Source: the human T2T-CHM13v2.0 reference genome, Homo sapiens
Assembly (NCBI RefSeq): GCF_009914755.1
Contig: NC_060947.1
DNA: 64,000 nucleotides
Direction: 5' to 3' (one strand)
In this document: positions 38,263 to 50,391 of the stretch, piece after piece
Layout of the letters: the number at the start of each line of letters is the position of its first letter
Position numbering within the stretch: position 1 is the stretch's first letter
Translations under genes and position numbers: made by a program
Notes under the pieces: generated by a model
Told to the model about the DNA's origin: nothing
The model's database searches: none
The model's input: only the letters and a program-made list of their open reading frames with translations

Positions 38263-40225
38263 AGAATGGTTGACTCATTTTGTTGTTGGCCACAATCAGA
38301 CCACAGTGGAATTCACCCGGTCAGAGCTCGGTAACTTCCAAAGCACATATGGCTGCAAACAGCATTATTAGGACCTTCTATCAACACTTCTAGCTAAAGT
38401 GACAGAGTTAAACTGATCCTTTATAAGGAGCATAAATCAGTTGGTTAGTGATGAAATAGCTTATTGAGATGACAACCAAATCACACACAAATACACAGAC
38501 ACACACACACAAATCTATAAATGGGAGAGAATGTAAAACAAGGGCAGAAAGTTAGATTGAGATTGTGCAAAAACGAAAACACAAGCCCCTTAGCAGGAAG
38601 GCAACTTGCATCATATCAGATCTTATCAGCTTCAAGCAGACTCTGGAGAGGTGAGTAAGCTTTCTGAGTTAGGGTGGAATTTATCTGGTAAATAATATGG
38701 TATTTCAATATGGTTTGCCATTATTGACATAGGATTGCAAAGATAAGTTTGTAATTTTTTTACACGAGCACATTCATCTGGACATTGTATGACCTTTCGG
38801 AAGTGTTGATCATAGCCTTCAAGAGTGTTGTGTGTGCACAAAAAGGGATTTATTCAGGTTTACAAATTTCACAGTCAATTTATTTGAGTTACGAGTTCTA
38901 ATGCCTAGTTTTCCTTTAACCTTCTAAGTTCAGTCTAGAAATCTTATTATTCTCTTTTCTTTTTAAATTCTATTTTAAGTCCAGCAAATAATAGCAACCA
39001 CTTTTAAGAGGCCTTTGGAAAATACTTGACCCTATTTACAAATTTAAACACCTTCATGCATTTTAAAATATATTTAAAACTTGTAACAGACTACACTCAA
39101 TTCCCTTCTTAATTGCTTCAGTTGTCTCAATAAACAAATACATTCCCAAGTTTACAAATAACTCTTTTAAATTTAATGAATTAAATTGACATGGTGAAAC
39201 TTAAGTTCTCTTAGAATGTTCCAACACTGTATATAATTTAGTTTTCATGAGCCTCCAGTCAGTGACAAGAAAAAAAATAGTTTTCAACTAAGATCACAAG
39301 ATTACTCAATTATACATTTTACAGTGATTTCCAAAGCTTAGAAATTCTTTTAAACTTTATGAATACATGGAACATCAAATACGCACAGATTCTTTCTGCA
39401 TTCCGAATATGAATCCTACAGTTTTGATTCTCTTAAGAGTTGCTGTACTTTCCCTAAATCCTCCTGGAGCTGAAAGATTCACCCTCTTACAGCTGACCGT
39501 TACCATCCTAGTGACTGAGCCGGTATACACACCCAAGATTTGGGCTGCACCCTGACTAAATTCTTGTCAATGACCCTAATGGGGTACTTGAACCCTACTC
39601 ATAATTGCTATGTCCCTGATGACATAATTTACGGGAGTTGCTCTCGAGGCTCCTAACCCTTAGTTTTAAGTCACACACGTTATTGATTCTTCTACATACA
39701 CCTGGACATTTGTAGGCTGACAGCATAGATCACTTGAGATTTTGTATTTATCTGGTTCTTAAGATGTGTATTTTTCCCTCCAGCTCTAAAGACCTTTGCG
39801 CTTAAAGGAATCCTAAGATAGATAGATAAATGTCCTTTCTATTTGCTAATGAAGGCCTTTGGAATCTGTGGAATCTTTCTAGAGGCTTTAATCAGATTTG
39901 GGTTTTGGGGAAGGATTTTCTTGTAGGTGGTGGTGTTTTCTTCCCTAAAGGCACAGCATGTCTGGTGTCTCTCTTTTTGTGATGACAGCAGGAAGATATC
40001 TTTTTATGAATACTCCAAATAATATTCAATTTTGGATACCTCAAAAAATGGCCTTGTCTGAGCCGTGGTCACCGATTTTGAGGTCATTTATTGACAAGAA
40101 GGTGTGATGTTAGCGATTAACAAGATAATCCTTTATTCATTTAAGAAATATATCTGGATTACCTGCTCTTTGCAGATAGACAGTGGAGAATGAAACATGG
40201 CTCTTTTCCTCCTGTTGCTTCTTGC

Positions 40226-40442
40226 CCAGGATTTCTCAGCCTTGGTGCTATTGACGTTTTAGGCTGGTAAGTCTTTGTTGTCCAGTGCCTTGAATGAGGT
40301 TTAGCAGCCTATAATCAGTGTCCTCTACCCACTAGATGCCAGCAGCACCGCCTCTTCCCTCTCCATAGTCTTGACAATCAAAAATATCTCAGATATTGCC
40401 AAATGTCTCTGGGGGGCAAAATCACCTCGTTGAGAACCACTG
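40226..40442 (-). mobile_element. MER20 (hAT-Charlie)
   Basis: Contains CCCACTAGATGCCAGCAGCACC...ATTGCCAAATGTCTCTGGGGGGCAAAATCACC...GTTGAGAACCACTG. Confidence 0.8.
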
Positions 40443-40507
40443 TTCTAGTCGAGTAGGGGAGAAGAGATATTAACAAGTAAGCACAAATACAAATTCAGTA
40501 GGGGTTA

Positions 40508-40807
<300 letters not shown>

Positions 40808-41329
40808 CTACTGTGAGAAATCCTGGTGTCTTAGTCTGTTCTGTCTATAATAAAGTACCATAGAGTGGGTCTAGCCATCTTTCTTTTTTGTGATGTTAGC
40901 AGCCAGTAATGCTCAAAGCTGAGATCTAGTCAACCCTTGTAAGTTCTATTTGTTCATTCTAACTCTAATTTCATCACTCCTTTAGGATTATCTGGAATGC
41001 TTCTATAAAGAGCCACTTTGCTCATCTGCAAGTTGGATAGCCAGGGATCCAAGGTAAATCTGAACTTTGGGCAACTCATGGCCAATGTGGGCATTTGTGG
41101 TTTGCCTCTGGTCTACACTGGATATGGCTGCTACAGTTTACGGCATGTACTTGAGAGGTCCAGCATGTCATGCCTGGGGCTCCTGGGTTTGGTGGGATCT
41201 CTGGGGGCTTTCATGGCAGGCTTCTGTTTCCTGTGATTTCCCAGCACTGATTGGGACCCTGTGAACAGAGTTCTATAGACTCTGTTCCCTACTGAAGCAG
41301 CAGCAGGAGCCTGGGGGCAAGGTTCCAGG

Positions 41330-41795
41330 CATGTTAGTTTCCTAGCGCCACTGTAACAAAGGACCACAAACTGATGGCTTAAACCTACACAAATGGATTC
41401 TCTCACAGTTCTGGAGGCCAGAAGCCTGGAATGCAGGTGTGAGGCAGGGCCACTCTCTCTCCGAAGGCTCCAGGGTAGAATCTGTTCCATGCCTCTCTCC
41501 CAGCTTCTGGTGCTTGCCAGAAATCCTTGGCATTCGTTGCCTTGTGGCCTCATTACTCCAATCTCTGCCTCCATTTTTACATGACCCTGGTGTCTGCGTT
41601 CCTTCTGCCCTCCCTTATGATATGACACCAGTCATATTAGATTAAAGGCCCACCCTACTCCAGTATGACCTCATCTTAAGTAACTGCATCTACAAATACC
41701 CCATTTCCAAATAAAGCCACATCCACATGTACCCAGGGCTAGGCCCTCAGCGTATCCTTTTTTTGGGTGGGGGAGCACAATTCAACCCCCAGCAC
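41330..41795. mobile_element. MLT1-family MaLR LTR
   Basis: Contains GTAACAAAGGACCACAAACTGATGGCTTAAA...TCTCACAGTTCTGGAGGCCAGAAG...CCAGTATGACCTCATCTTAA. Confidence 0.75.
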
Positions 41796-42018
41796 CAGGG
41801 ACCCAAGAGAGTCAAGAGCAGTGGAGGTTCTTCCTGCCAACGGGGTCATGCTGACCTCGGGGAAGTACCTGGGCTGGCAGAGAAGGCTTGGGCAGCAAGT
41901 AGTTTGATTTGCAGGGACAGAGTCCCATTCTCAAAAACAATCTCCTCTGCTGTCACTGAAAATTGTTGTTTCTTTGGAATTTTCAAAGGTCACCTGACTA
42001 GAAGTGAAAGGTATGGAC

Positions 42019-42208
42019 AGAGCCGGCTTCAAAGGCTGCTGCCTGTGCAATTGTACAGGGTACTGTGCTCCAAAGGGCTTGTGCTTATTGTAGTGGTCCA
42101 CTGTTACCATCTGGAAATTCTTGAGATTTTTTTTTTTTTGGAACAAGGGGTCCTGCGTTTTCATTTTGCACTGCAAAACGTAGAGCACAAACTATGTAGC
42201 TGACCCTG
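42019..42208. mobile_element. MER45A-like hAT element
   Basis: Contains CAGAGCCGGCTT...GAAATTCTT...GAACAAGGGGTCCTGCGTTTTCATTTTGCACTG...TATGTAGCTGACCCTG. Confidence 0.6.
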
Positions 42209-42623
42209 GGTTGGGACATCAGGCAGGGGAGACGCATAGTAAGCTAAGGCAAAAATCAAGCTCTGTTACAGTGTGGTTGGCCTGCAGCTGGCTTCTTCTC
42301 CATTTCTACTTCTGGGCCAGGGAAGTTGAACTGTATATTACTGTGCAAGCCTAAAGCTGAGTCACAAACAGATCCAGGCTCTTCAATGTGCTTATCATGC
42401 AGAGCAAGTGTGAAAGTGGCTTGTGATTACACTTTGCTCAGGGATTGCCATAGGGCTTGGCACCTCTTAAATGATAAATAAACCCCTCTTGATTATGAGG
42501 TGAAGTAAGGCAAATACTACCCAGATGGCTCTGTGAATCGATATTGTAAAGTAAGTTTTTGTAGATGCCTACACCCCCACACCATCCTCTTCCATGGGGT
42601 GTAATATGATGCTTCTTAAACTA

Positions 42624-42842
<219 letters not shown>

Positions 42843-42845
42843 TTA

Positions 42846-42992
<147 letters not shown>

Positions 42993-43069
42993 CTACCTGA
43001 AAAAAAAAAGAGAGAGAAAGAAAGAAAGAGTCATAGAAACAAAGAACAACTAGTTATAAAGTCAGGAGG

Positions 43070-43547
43070 TGTGATGGTTAATTTCATGTGTCAACTTGAC
43101 TGGGCCACTGGGCCACGGGGTGCCCAGATATTTGGTCAAACATTACTCTGGTTGTGTGTGTGTAAGGGTGTTTCTGGATGACATCCACATTTGAATTGTA
43201 GACTGCCTTCTCAGTGTCGGTGGGCCTTGCCCAATCAGTTGAAGGCCTGGCTGGACCACAAAGGCTGGGTAGGAGGGTGCTCTTGCTGTGTGACTGCTTG
43301 AGCTGGAATGTTGGGCTTTTCCTGCCTCTGGACTCAAACTGAAACATTGGCTCCTCTTGGATCTCAAGCCTGCTCACTTTCAGACTGGAACTGACACCAT
43401 CAGCTCTCCTGGTTTTCAGGTTGTCAGACTTGGACTGGAACTGTGCCATCATCAGCTCTCCAGCTTGCCAACTGCAGATCCTGGGATTTGTCAGCCTCCA
43501 TAATTCCATGAGCCAATTCTTTATGATAAATATCTCTCTCTGTCTGC

Positions 43548-43634
<87 letters not shown>

Positions 43635-43670
43635 GATATATATATATTGGAGCTATTTGTCTATACATCC
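43070..43670. mobile_element. ERVL LTR (MLT2-like) with internal compound microsatellite
   Basis: Starts TGTGATGGTTAATTTCATGTGTCAACTTGACTGGG and contains CAGCCTCCATAATTCCATGAGCCAATTC. Confidence 0.75.
43533..43630. repeat. Compound microsatellite (TC)n(TG)n(AG)n
   Basis: Read directly. Confidence 0.9.
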
Positions 43671-44082
43671 CTGATGAATACAGGAGGTCAGATGGGATAG
43701 CTGGGCTTTAGTCTTAGGGCTGATGCATTTTAGCACTGGCCAGGTCATACCAGGCTAGTTACTTACATTCTCTGAGCCTTGTTTTCCCACTATAAAGTTT
43801 GGGCAGTATAAATGTTCTCATAAATTACACATTTGAGCCCAGGAGTTTGAGACAAGCCTGGGCAACATAGTGAGACTCCTTTTCTACAAATATATATATA
43901 AACCGGGTGTGGTGGTGCATGCCCGTAGTCCCAGCTACTCAGGAGACTGAGGTGGGAGAATCACTTGAGCCTGGGAGTTGGAGGCTGCAGAGAGCCGTGA
44001 TCGCAGCACTGCACTCCAGCCTGGATAACAGAGTGAGGCCCTGTCTCAAAAAAATAATAACAATACATTATACATATCTCAT

Positions 44083-44300
44083 AGGGTTTTTTTGACCTCA
44101 GCACTGGTGTCATTTGGGGCAGATCATTCTCTGGTGCTGGGCTGTTGTGGGCACTGCAGGATGTGTGCCAGCATCTCTGGCCTTACCCACTAAATGCCAG
44201 GAACCCCAGTCTCCCAGTTGTGCCAAGCAAACATGTCTCCAGGCATTGCCAAATGTCCCCTGGGGGACACCATCACCCGCCCCCCCAGTTGAGTCACTGA
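44083..44300 (-). mobile_element. MER20
   Basis: Contains CCCACTAAATGCCAG...ATGTCTCCAGGCATTGCCAAATGTCCCCTGGGGG. Confidence 0.7.
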
Positions 44301-46125
44301 TTATATAACAATCATCTTGGTTACCTGTGTCCAGAAATGGTTCCATTCATGTTACAAGAGAGGCTAATTTTAATGCTAGTGTCACCAAATGAAAAACAAA
44401 GATTGCTCATTTCTGAGTGAGATAAATTTTCCTTCTTGTCTCTGCAAGCCTGAGACTTCTGAGCTGCTCTGCCTGGCTCATAAAGCAGAGGTCTGTAGTT
44501 TTAAGGATCTGTTTTTCCAAATACACAGGGGACCAGAGCTCTAATCCTAAATAAGAGAGAAGCCAGCCAGGAGGAAGTATCTTGTAGTGTGCTGGCTCAC
44601 GGCTGCTGCCTCTTCCTAAAATTATGGTGTGCTTAGAATACATTTTGAATTGGCCCCTTCACATTTTGTGGAACAGAACCCATGGGAAGGGGAGGAAAAT
44701 AAGTAAAAGTGTAAGGCTGGAAGAGGAGACCTGGAGACGAAGGAAGTGAGTGGCTCTGAGTTTTCTAAGTTTGGGAGAGAAATTGGTCTACATTTTTAAA
44801 AAATCTGAATTTTAATCACCCAGGCACAAATGCAACGTGCTTAAAGCATGACAGCCATTCACTGATTCCAAGGATGATGTTGTTTTGTGATGCGCATCCA
44901 GACACGGGAATTAAGCGCTAAAATGAACCAAACGCAGACTGGCAGGTTTATCCACACAGTGGACGCTTTGGGAATACCCTGCCTGTCTTTGGAGTGGAAG
45001 ATTAGGACATGAGAAAAACCTGAATTTTCAAAATGGACGCATCTACACAAATCAAGGAAGTCCCAGTTGAGAAAAGTGCCCCCCGTCCACACACGAAATC
45101 TAAACAGTGACTTTTTTTAATACAAGTCAAATAAGTGTCTAAAGTTTACGTCTTTACATAAAGCCATGAAATAAAACACCAAGAAATAACCTCACCCTGT
45201 CCCCATTCCAACTCCTGAGCCTGGGGAGGGTCCCCTTAGGGATCTTTGCAATTTACCCTTCCTTTGATGCCCCTAAACCAGCAAGACAGGAATGAACAAG
45301 AACAACATCTAATCTCCTCCAGTGCTTGTGGATTTGCATTATTTAAATATATGAGAAACACCCATAATTGAGTAATTATTCTAGCATTTAAAGAATGCCA
45401 AACAATGAACCATTTCTTCTTCAGACCTAATCCGGCCCATTTCCGTTTTCCTCTTAGCACAATGTGTAGAATTACCCAATGTGTCGCTTCCTAGAACACT
45501 TGATTGTTTATACAAGGTAGGCAAGACTTCTCTGGCGGTGTTTATTTTTCTCATTTTACACTTGATGATTGTAGCCTTTACAGATTTTCCTTTTCTAGAC
45601 GCTTATCAAGTACTGAATGTGTATGGATCCAATTTTGCACTTTCCTTTTTACAAATAAAGCTTATCCTTTAGGCGAGGGCTGGGGAGAGAAGGCAGAATC
45701 TGATAGTAAAAATCTTCAGACTCTGTCCTTGTTGGAGTTACTCCTTAACCATCATTTTAAGGAAAGTATTCTGCAAGTTAGAGATCAGTGCATTGTAACA
45801 GCTTCAGAAAGGGGATTTCCCAGAGGGTCTGGGAGGAGAACAAAAGCATTTGCATCTCCTTTCCCCAGAGACTAAGTGGATTTTTCCTGAGCTGCTTTTC
45901 CATGTGAAGTCTTGGTGGGAGGATGGAGCACTACACAATGTTCGTGCTTTTGCTGTTGGCCCGGCTGTGGTTTTAATGCGGAGGAAATAAAGAATGTAGA
46001 ATTGTGCATTCAGTTAGGACTCAAGACTCCTTCGCCCTGCAGTGTTTTGTGTGTGTGTGTGGTTTTTAGTCCGATGTGGAAAGCCCCACTTGACTGTAAG
46101 AAAGACAGGCCTTATTCTAACAATT

Positions 46126-46169
46126 CACACACACACACACGCACACACACGCACACACACACACACAAA

Positions 46170-46209
<40 letters not shown>
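46126..46209. repeat. Compound microsatellite (CA)n(GA)n
   Basis: Read directly. Confidence 0.9.
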
Positions 46210-48142
46210 TCGATCCCAATTTATGGCAAAGCTGGGAAGTCAAGAGTCCCTTCACACCCCTACCAATTTCTCTTCCTTTCCATCTCCATTCACAAGTCTT
46301 TAGGGACCATCAGCAAACGCCTGGGGCTAACATTGCACACAAGTGGAAAAGGACTAATGGTGTAATAAAGAGGTCTTGGTCACCCCAAGCGCTGGCCTCT
46401 TCCTCTCTGGTTCAGCTCCTTTTAGGAAGACAAATGCAATAGCCCCACTTCTGTTCTCTCAGGCAGAGAGTGTCCAGAGGCAGTGGCTGGGCATGTGGAT
46501 GAAGTTTTCTCAGTGAGGGTCTCCAATCTCTCTTCTCTGGCATGCTGTGTCACACTTCTTTTGCCTCTATTAATGTGCAAATGAAAGTAGGAATGCCTCT
46601 AGATGTTTTGGTGATTAAATGAGCTCGTATTTGCTAAGTGCTTAGATGACAGTAAGTGTGCAGGAGCCTATCTTAGGTCAGGCTCTTTAGAAAGGGTGCC
46701 TGAGACGGGGGTTCTCGAGTGAGCGGCTGATTGGAGGCATGCTTACACGAGTAAGGGAGGCGGGACCGGGCAGGGGAGGAGCTGGCAAAGCTATGATTTC
46801 CAGAGAAGTACAGCCTCAGCCTGATCCCATGGGGAGCTCTGGGGTGTCAAGGGCATTCGAGTTTGTGTCACCAAGGCAAGGAAACTGGACGGTCAGCTCC
46901 TGGGGCTGGGTGTAATCTCTCAGACATCTGTGTTAATGAAGGGTCATCTTCACAATACTCCAAAAGAAGGGAGCCCGCCCCAGCATCTGCTATACAAGTA
47001 AACAATTTCATGACAGCAGCTCCATGTGCCAAGGGGCAAGAGCTCAGAACTTGGGAATCTGAACATCTGAGCCTCAGTTTCCTCATCTGAGGCACCTTCC
47101 CTTTGGTCTCACAAAGCCTCCCACGAGTCCCCAAATTGAGGTTGGCACCCTGGCTTCATTTGTTGACAAGTGACAATTGTATTACAAGGGCCTATTTCTA
47201 TGTTTAGTCCCCAAGGGAGTGCAAGCTGAAGCACAGACTATCCTCTTCCCTGCAGCATGCCTACACGCAGCACAGTGTCTGCGCGTGGGAGGTCCACTAT
47301 TTGCTGCCCGCCTGAACGGGTAGAAATCTTTCACCTTCAGTGAAGACTCCTCGGCGCTGGCCTCTTTGAGCTCCTAATTGGATGCAGTTTCCCCCACTCC
47401 TTGCTCTACCTGATGCTTTTTTCATCTTGCCTTTCCTTCTGAGTCCTTTGATGTGTGGTGTATGTGTTCTCCTCTTTCCACTCTCTCTCTGCAGAAGTCG
47501 GTTTCACTCCAATACGCCCCAGCCCCATTCAAAGTACTTTCGAGTGATAGATTTGTGTCCAGATTTGTGAGATTCTAAAAGGACCAGGTGACAGGGAGGG
47601 TGGAAATGCAGCTTCAGAACGGCCATGTTGGGTGGTAAGGTAAGAAGGCAGTGGCAGCCCCACTGGCGATAAATCATGCCAATCGGAAGGGAAGATGTCA
47701 GAGCAGGGACACTCAGCACTTGGGGCATTCCCTGGCACATGCGACATCACAAAATATGTGCTTTTTTGACCCTCCCACTCTTTCCCTTGGACATGTAATA
47801 ATCACACATGTTTAAAAGGACTCATGCGGTGGAATTTCTCACATAGAACATTCAGGTAGGGGTAGATAGATACTTGGGGAGCAAGAAAGTTTCTGTGTTG
47901 TAGTAGGAGGAGGGAGAGGAAAGACCTTCCTTGGATAGTTTTTTGGACGTCGCTATACCTTCACAACTTCACATTCTTCTTCTTCTTCTTCTTCTTTTTT
48001 TTTTTTTTTTTTTTTTTTGAGACAGGGTCTCTGTTCCATCGCCCAGCCTGGAGTGCAATCGTGCAAACACGGCTCACTGCAGCCTCGACCTCCCTGGCTC
48101 AAGTGATCCTCCCACCTCAGCCTCCCAAAGTGTTGGGATTAA

Positions 48143-48403
<261 letters not shown>

Positions 48404-49807
48404 TGACCTCGTGATCCGCCCGCCTGGGCCTCCCAAAGTGCTAGGATTACAAGCGTGAGCCACCGCGCCCGGCCCATTCTTCTTTTTTAAAACAACCTTT
48501 CCCCTCATAAAAGTAATATTACCATTTTACAAAAAATTGGAAGGCAAATCATTTTTAAAAATCCCGCCAAAGGAATGCAAACTCTTGTGAGCATTTCAGG
48601 ACATTTTCCTCCAGTCTCTTCCCCTGTGTATCTGGATTTCAATCAGGCTCTACCAGATATTTTTGTATCACTGTAACTGTTTAAAAATCTCCCTGATACT
48701 GTCCTGCATTTCCTGGCATAACGTGTTGCGGCTGTGGGTCTGGGGCACGAAGTAGGTGGGAGATTTAGAGCAAGACACAGCCCCAACTCTGGAGCTTCAG
48801 CTTCCCCAGCTGGGAGCCAGTGAAACAGAAGTTCCCGTCTAGGCTGAAAGTTTTAGGAGTTGACCCGGCTTCCTCCCCAGCAATGGTCTACTTGGGTCTC
48901 CGCTCAAACGATCAGACCCCACAAACCGGATGAAGCGCTCAGGGAAGGTCAAGGAACTCCCGCCTAGTGTGGGCCCCCAGGTTAGCCCTTCTAGGGCTGT
49001 CCTGGCGGGGACGCAAAGTGGCCACCTGCCCAGCTGCCCGCTTCCAGAGGCGTCCTCCCTGCGCCGCCCGAGAGGACCGGCCGCGGGCTCCCCCAGCTCC
49101 TCAGCTCCCTCGGCCCCGCCTTCAGGGGCTTTTCCCACCTTCGCGGGACCAGACGGGTTGTGTGGGAGACCGAGGGCGCAGCCTCCCGCCAAGTGCGCAG
49201 AGGGTCTCCAGACAGCCAGAGCCCGGGAGCGGGTGAAGGGAGGGCACTGCCCGCTCTCTCGGGAATTGTTTGCGCCCGAGGAGTCACCCCAGGCAGGCCG
49301 CGCCCGCAGTCCGGGTAGGGCGTCGTCCTCCCCGCCCGCCTTCCTCTACGCGGGGGCCCGGGGGCGGACTGACGCGGCGGCGCCCATCCTGGCCTCCATG
49401 CGGTTTCCCGAGGCCGGAGGAAGGTGGCGGAGCGGGAGGGAGAGAGCGAGGAGCGCGCGGAGAGGGAGGACGGCGGAGGGGGAGGAGCAAGCGGAGGGGT
49501 GGGGGTGGGGTCGAGGAGCCGAGCGCCGAGGAGGACCCCGAGGGAGACTGGGGGCGGAGCAGCCGGCGACGGAGAGGCGCGGAGGACGCGGGGCCGGGGG
49601 AGGCGGAGCAGCGGGAGTGGGTGGAAAAGCAGAGGCGGCGGGAGGAGCGGGAGCCTCCGTGGGAGATTCGGGAGGAGCAGCCGGCGTGGGTGGAGCCGCC
49701 GGCGTGGGAGGAGCCGCGGGGCCTGGGTGAGAACGGGGCGGGACGGCCGGAGGCGGGGCCTGCGAACGCCCTGCCCCTGCTCGCCCGGGCCGCGCCGAGG
49801 AACGAAG

Positions 49808-49882
49808 ATGGCCGGGCGCGCCGCGGGAACGGAGGGGCGGCCGGCAGCGGCGGCGGCGGCGGCGGCGGCTCCCGGGCTGTGA
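49808..49882 (+). other. Candidate uORF1, 24 aa, MAGRAAGTEGRPAAAAAAAAAPGL, spanning (GGC)7
   Basis: Strong Kozak context AAGATGG and TGA at 49880-49882. Its inclusion in the mRNA depends on the TSS, which is unknown from this sequence. Confidence 0.4.
49849..49869 (+). repeat. (GGC)7 trinucleotide repeat in the WWC3 leader/promoter
   Basis: Read directly: ggcagc followed by (ggc)7. Confidence 0.9.
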
Positions 49883-49988
49883 CTTCGCGCGCGGCGGCCA
49901 CCCGGGCTACCTGAACGGAGTGGGCGGCGCGGGCAGCGGCTTGCTAGGGCGGGCGGGCGGACGCCGGTGCACGGGCGCCGGGCGGAGG

Positions 49989-50051
49989 ATGCGCCAGGAG
50001 CGGCGGGCGGCTCCCCGCGGCCGCCCCCGCGCCCCGGGCGCCGGGCCTTAG
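49989..50051 (+). other. Candidate uORF2, 20 aa, [20 protein letters not shown]
   Basis: AGGATGC start, out of frame with WWC3. TAG at 50049-50051 is 59 nt before the main ATG. Confidence 0.5.
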
Positions 50052-50110
50052 TGCTGGCGGAGGAGGCGGCGCGCGCGGGGCGGCCGGGCGGCGGCGGGGC
50101 CCGCGCCGTC

Positions 50111-50391
50111 ATGCCTTGGCTGAGCGGCGGCCGGCGGCGACGGCGGGGACAGCCGCGCGAGGCCCCGCGGGAGCCGCCGCCGTCCGCGCAGCCCCAGCGG
50201 GAACCGCCGCCGCCGGCGCCCCCCGCCGCGGTCCCCACGCCCCCAGCTCCTTCCGCGCCGCCGCCGCGGGCCCGGGAGAGCGCCGAGCTGCCGCTGCCCG
50301 CCGGCTGGGAGGAGGCGCGAGACTACGACGGTCGCGTCTTTTACATTGACCACAACACGCGCCAGACGTCGTGGATCGACCCCCGCGACCG
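50111..50391 (+). CDS. WWC3: WWC3 (KIBRA/WWC family) first coding exon: Pro-rich N-terminus and WW domain 1; partial CDS
   Basis: Translates [17 protein letters not shown]...[36 protein letters not shown], a WWC-type WW domain. It is followed by the canonical donor CG|GTAAGC (phase 2) and lies inside a CpG island. Confidence 0.93.

Noticed and set aside
41018-41236. Hydrophobic peptide GLLGLVGSLGAFMAGFCFL as a third claudin relic
   Set aside because: No W-GLW-C-C motif or other claudin segments were found in adjacent frames.
43533-43630. (TC)n...(AG)n fold-back as a miRNA-like hairpin
   Set aside because: Low-complexity microsatellite at the usual repeat-prone position of an MLT2 LTR; no evidence of a structured RNA gene.
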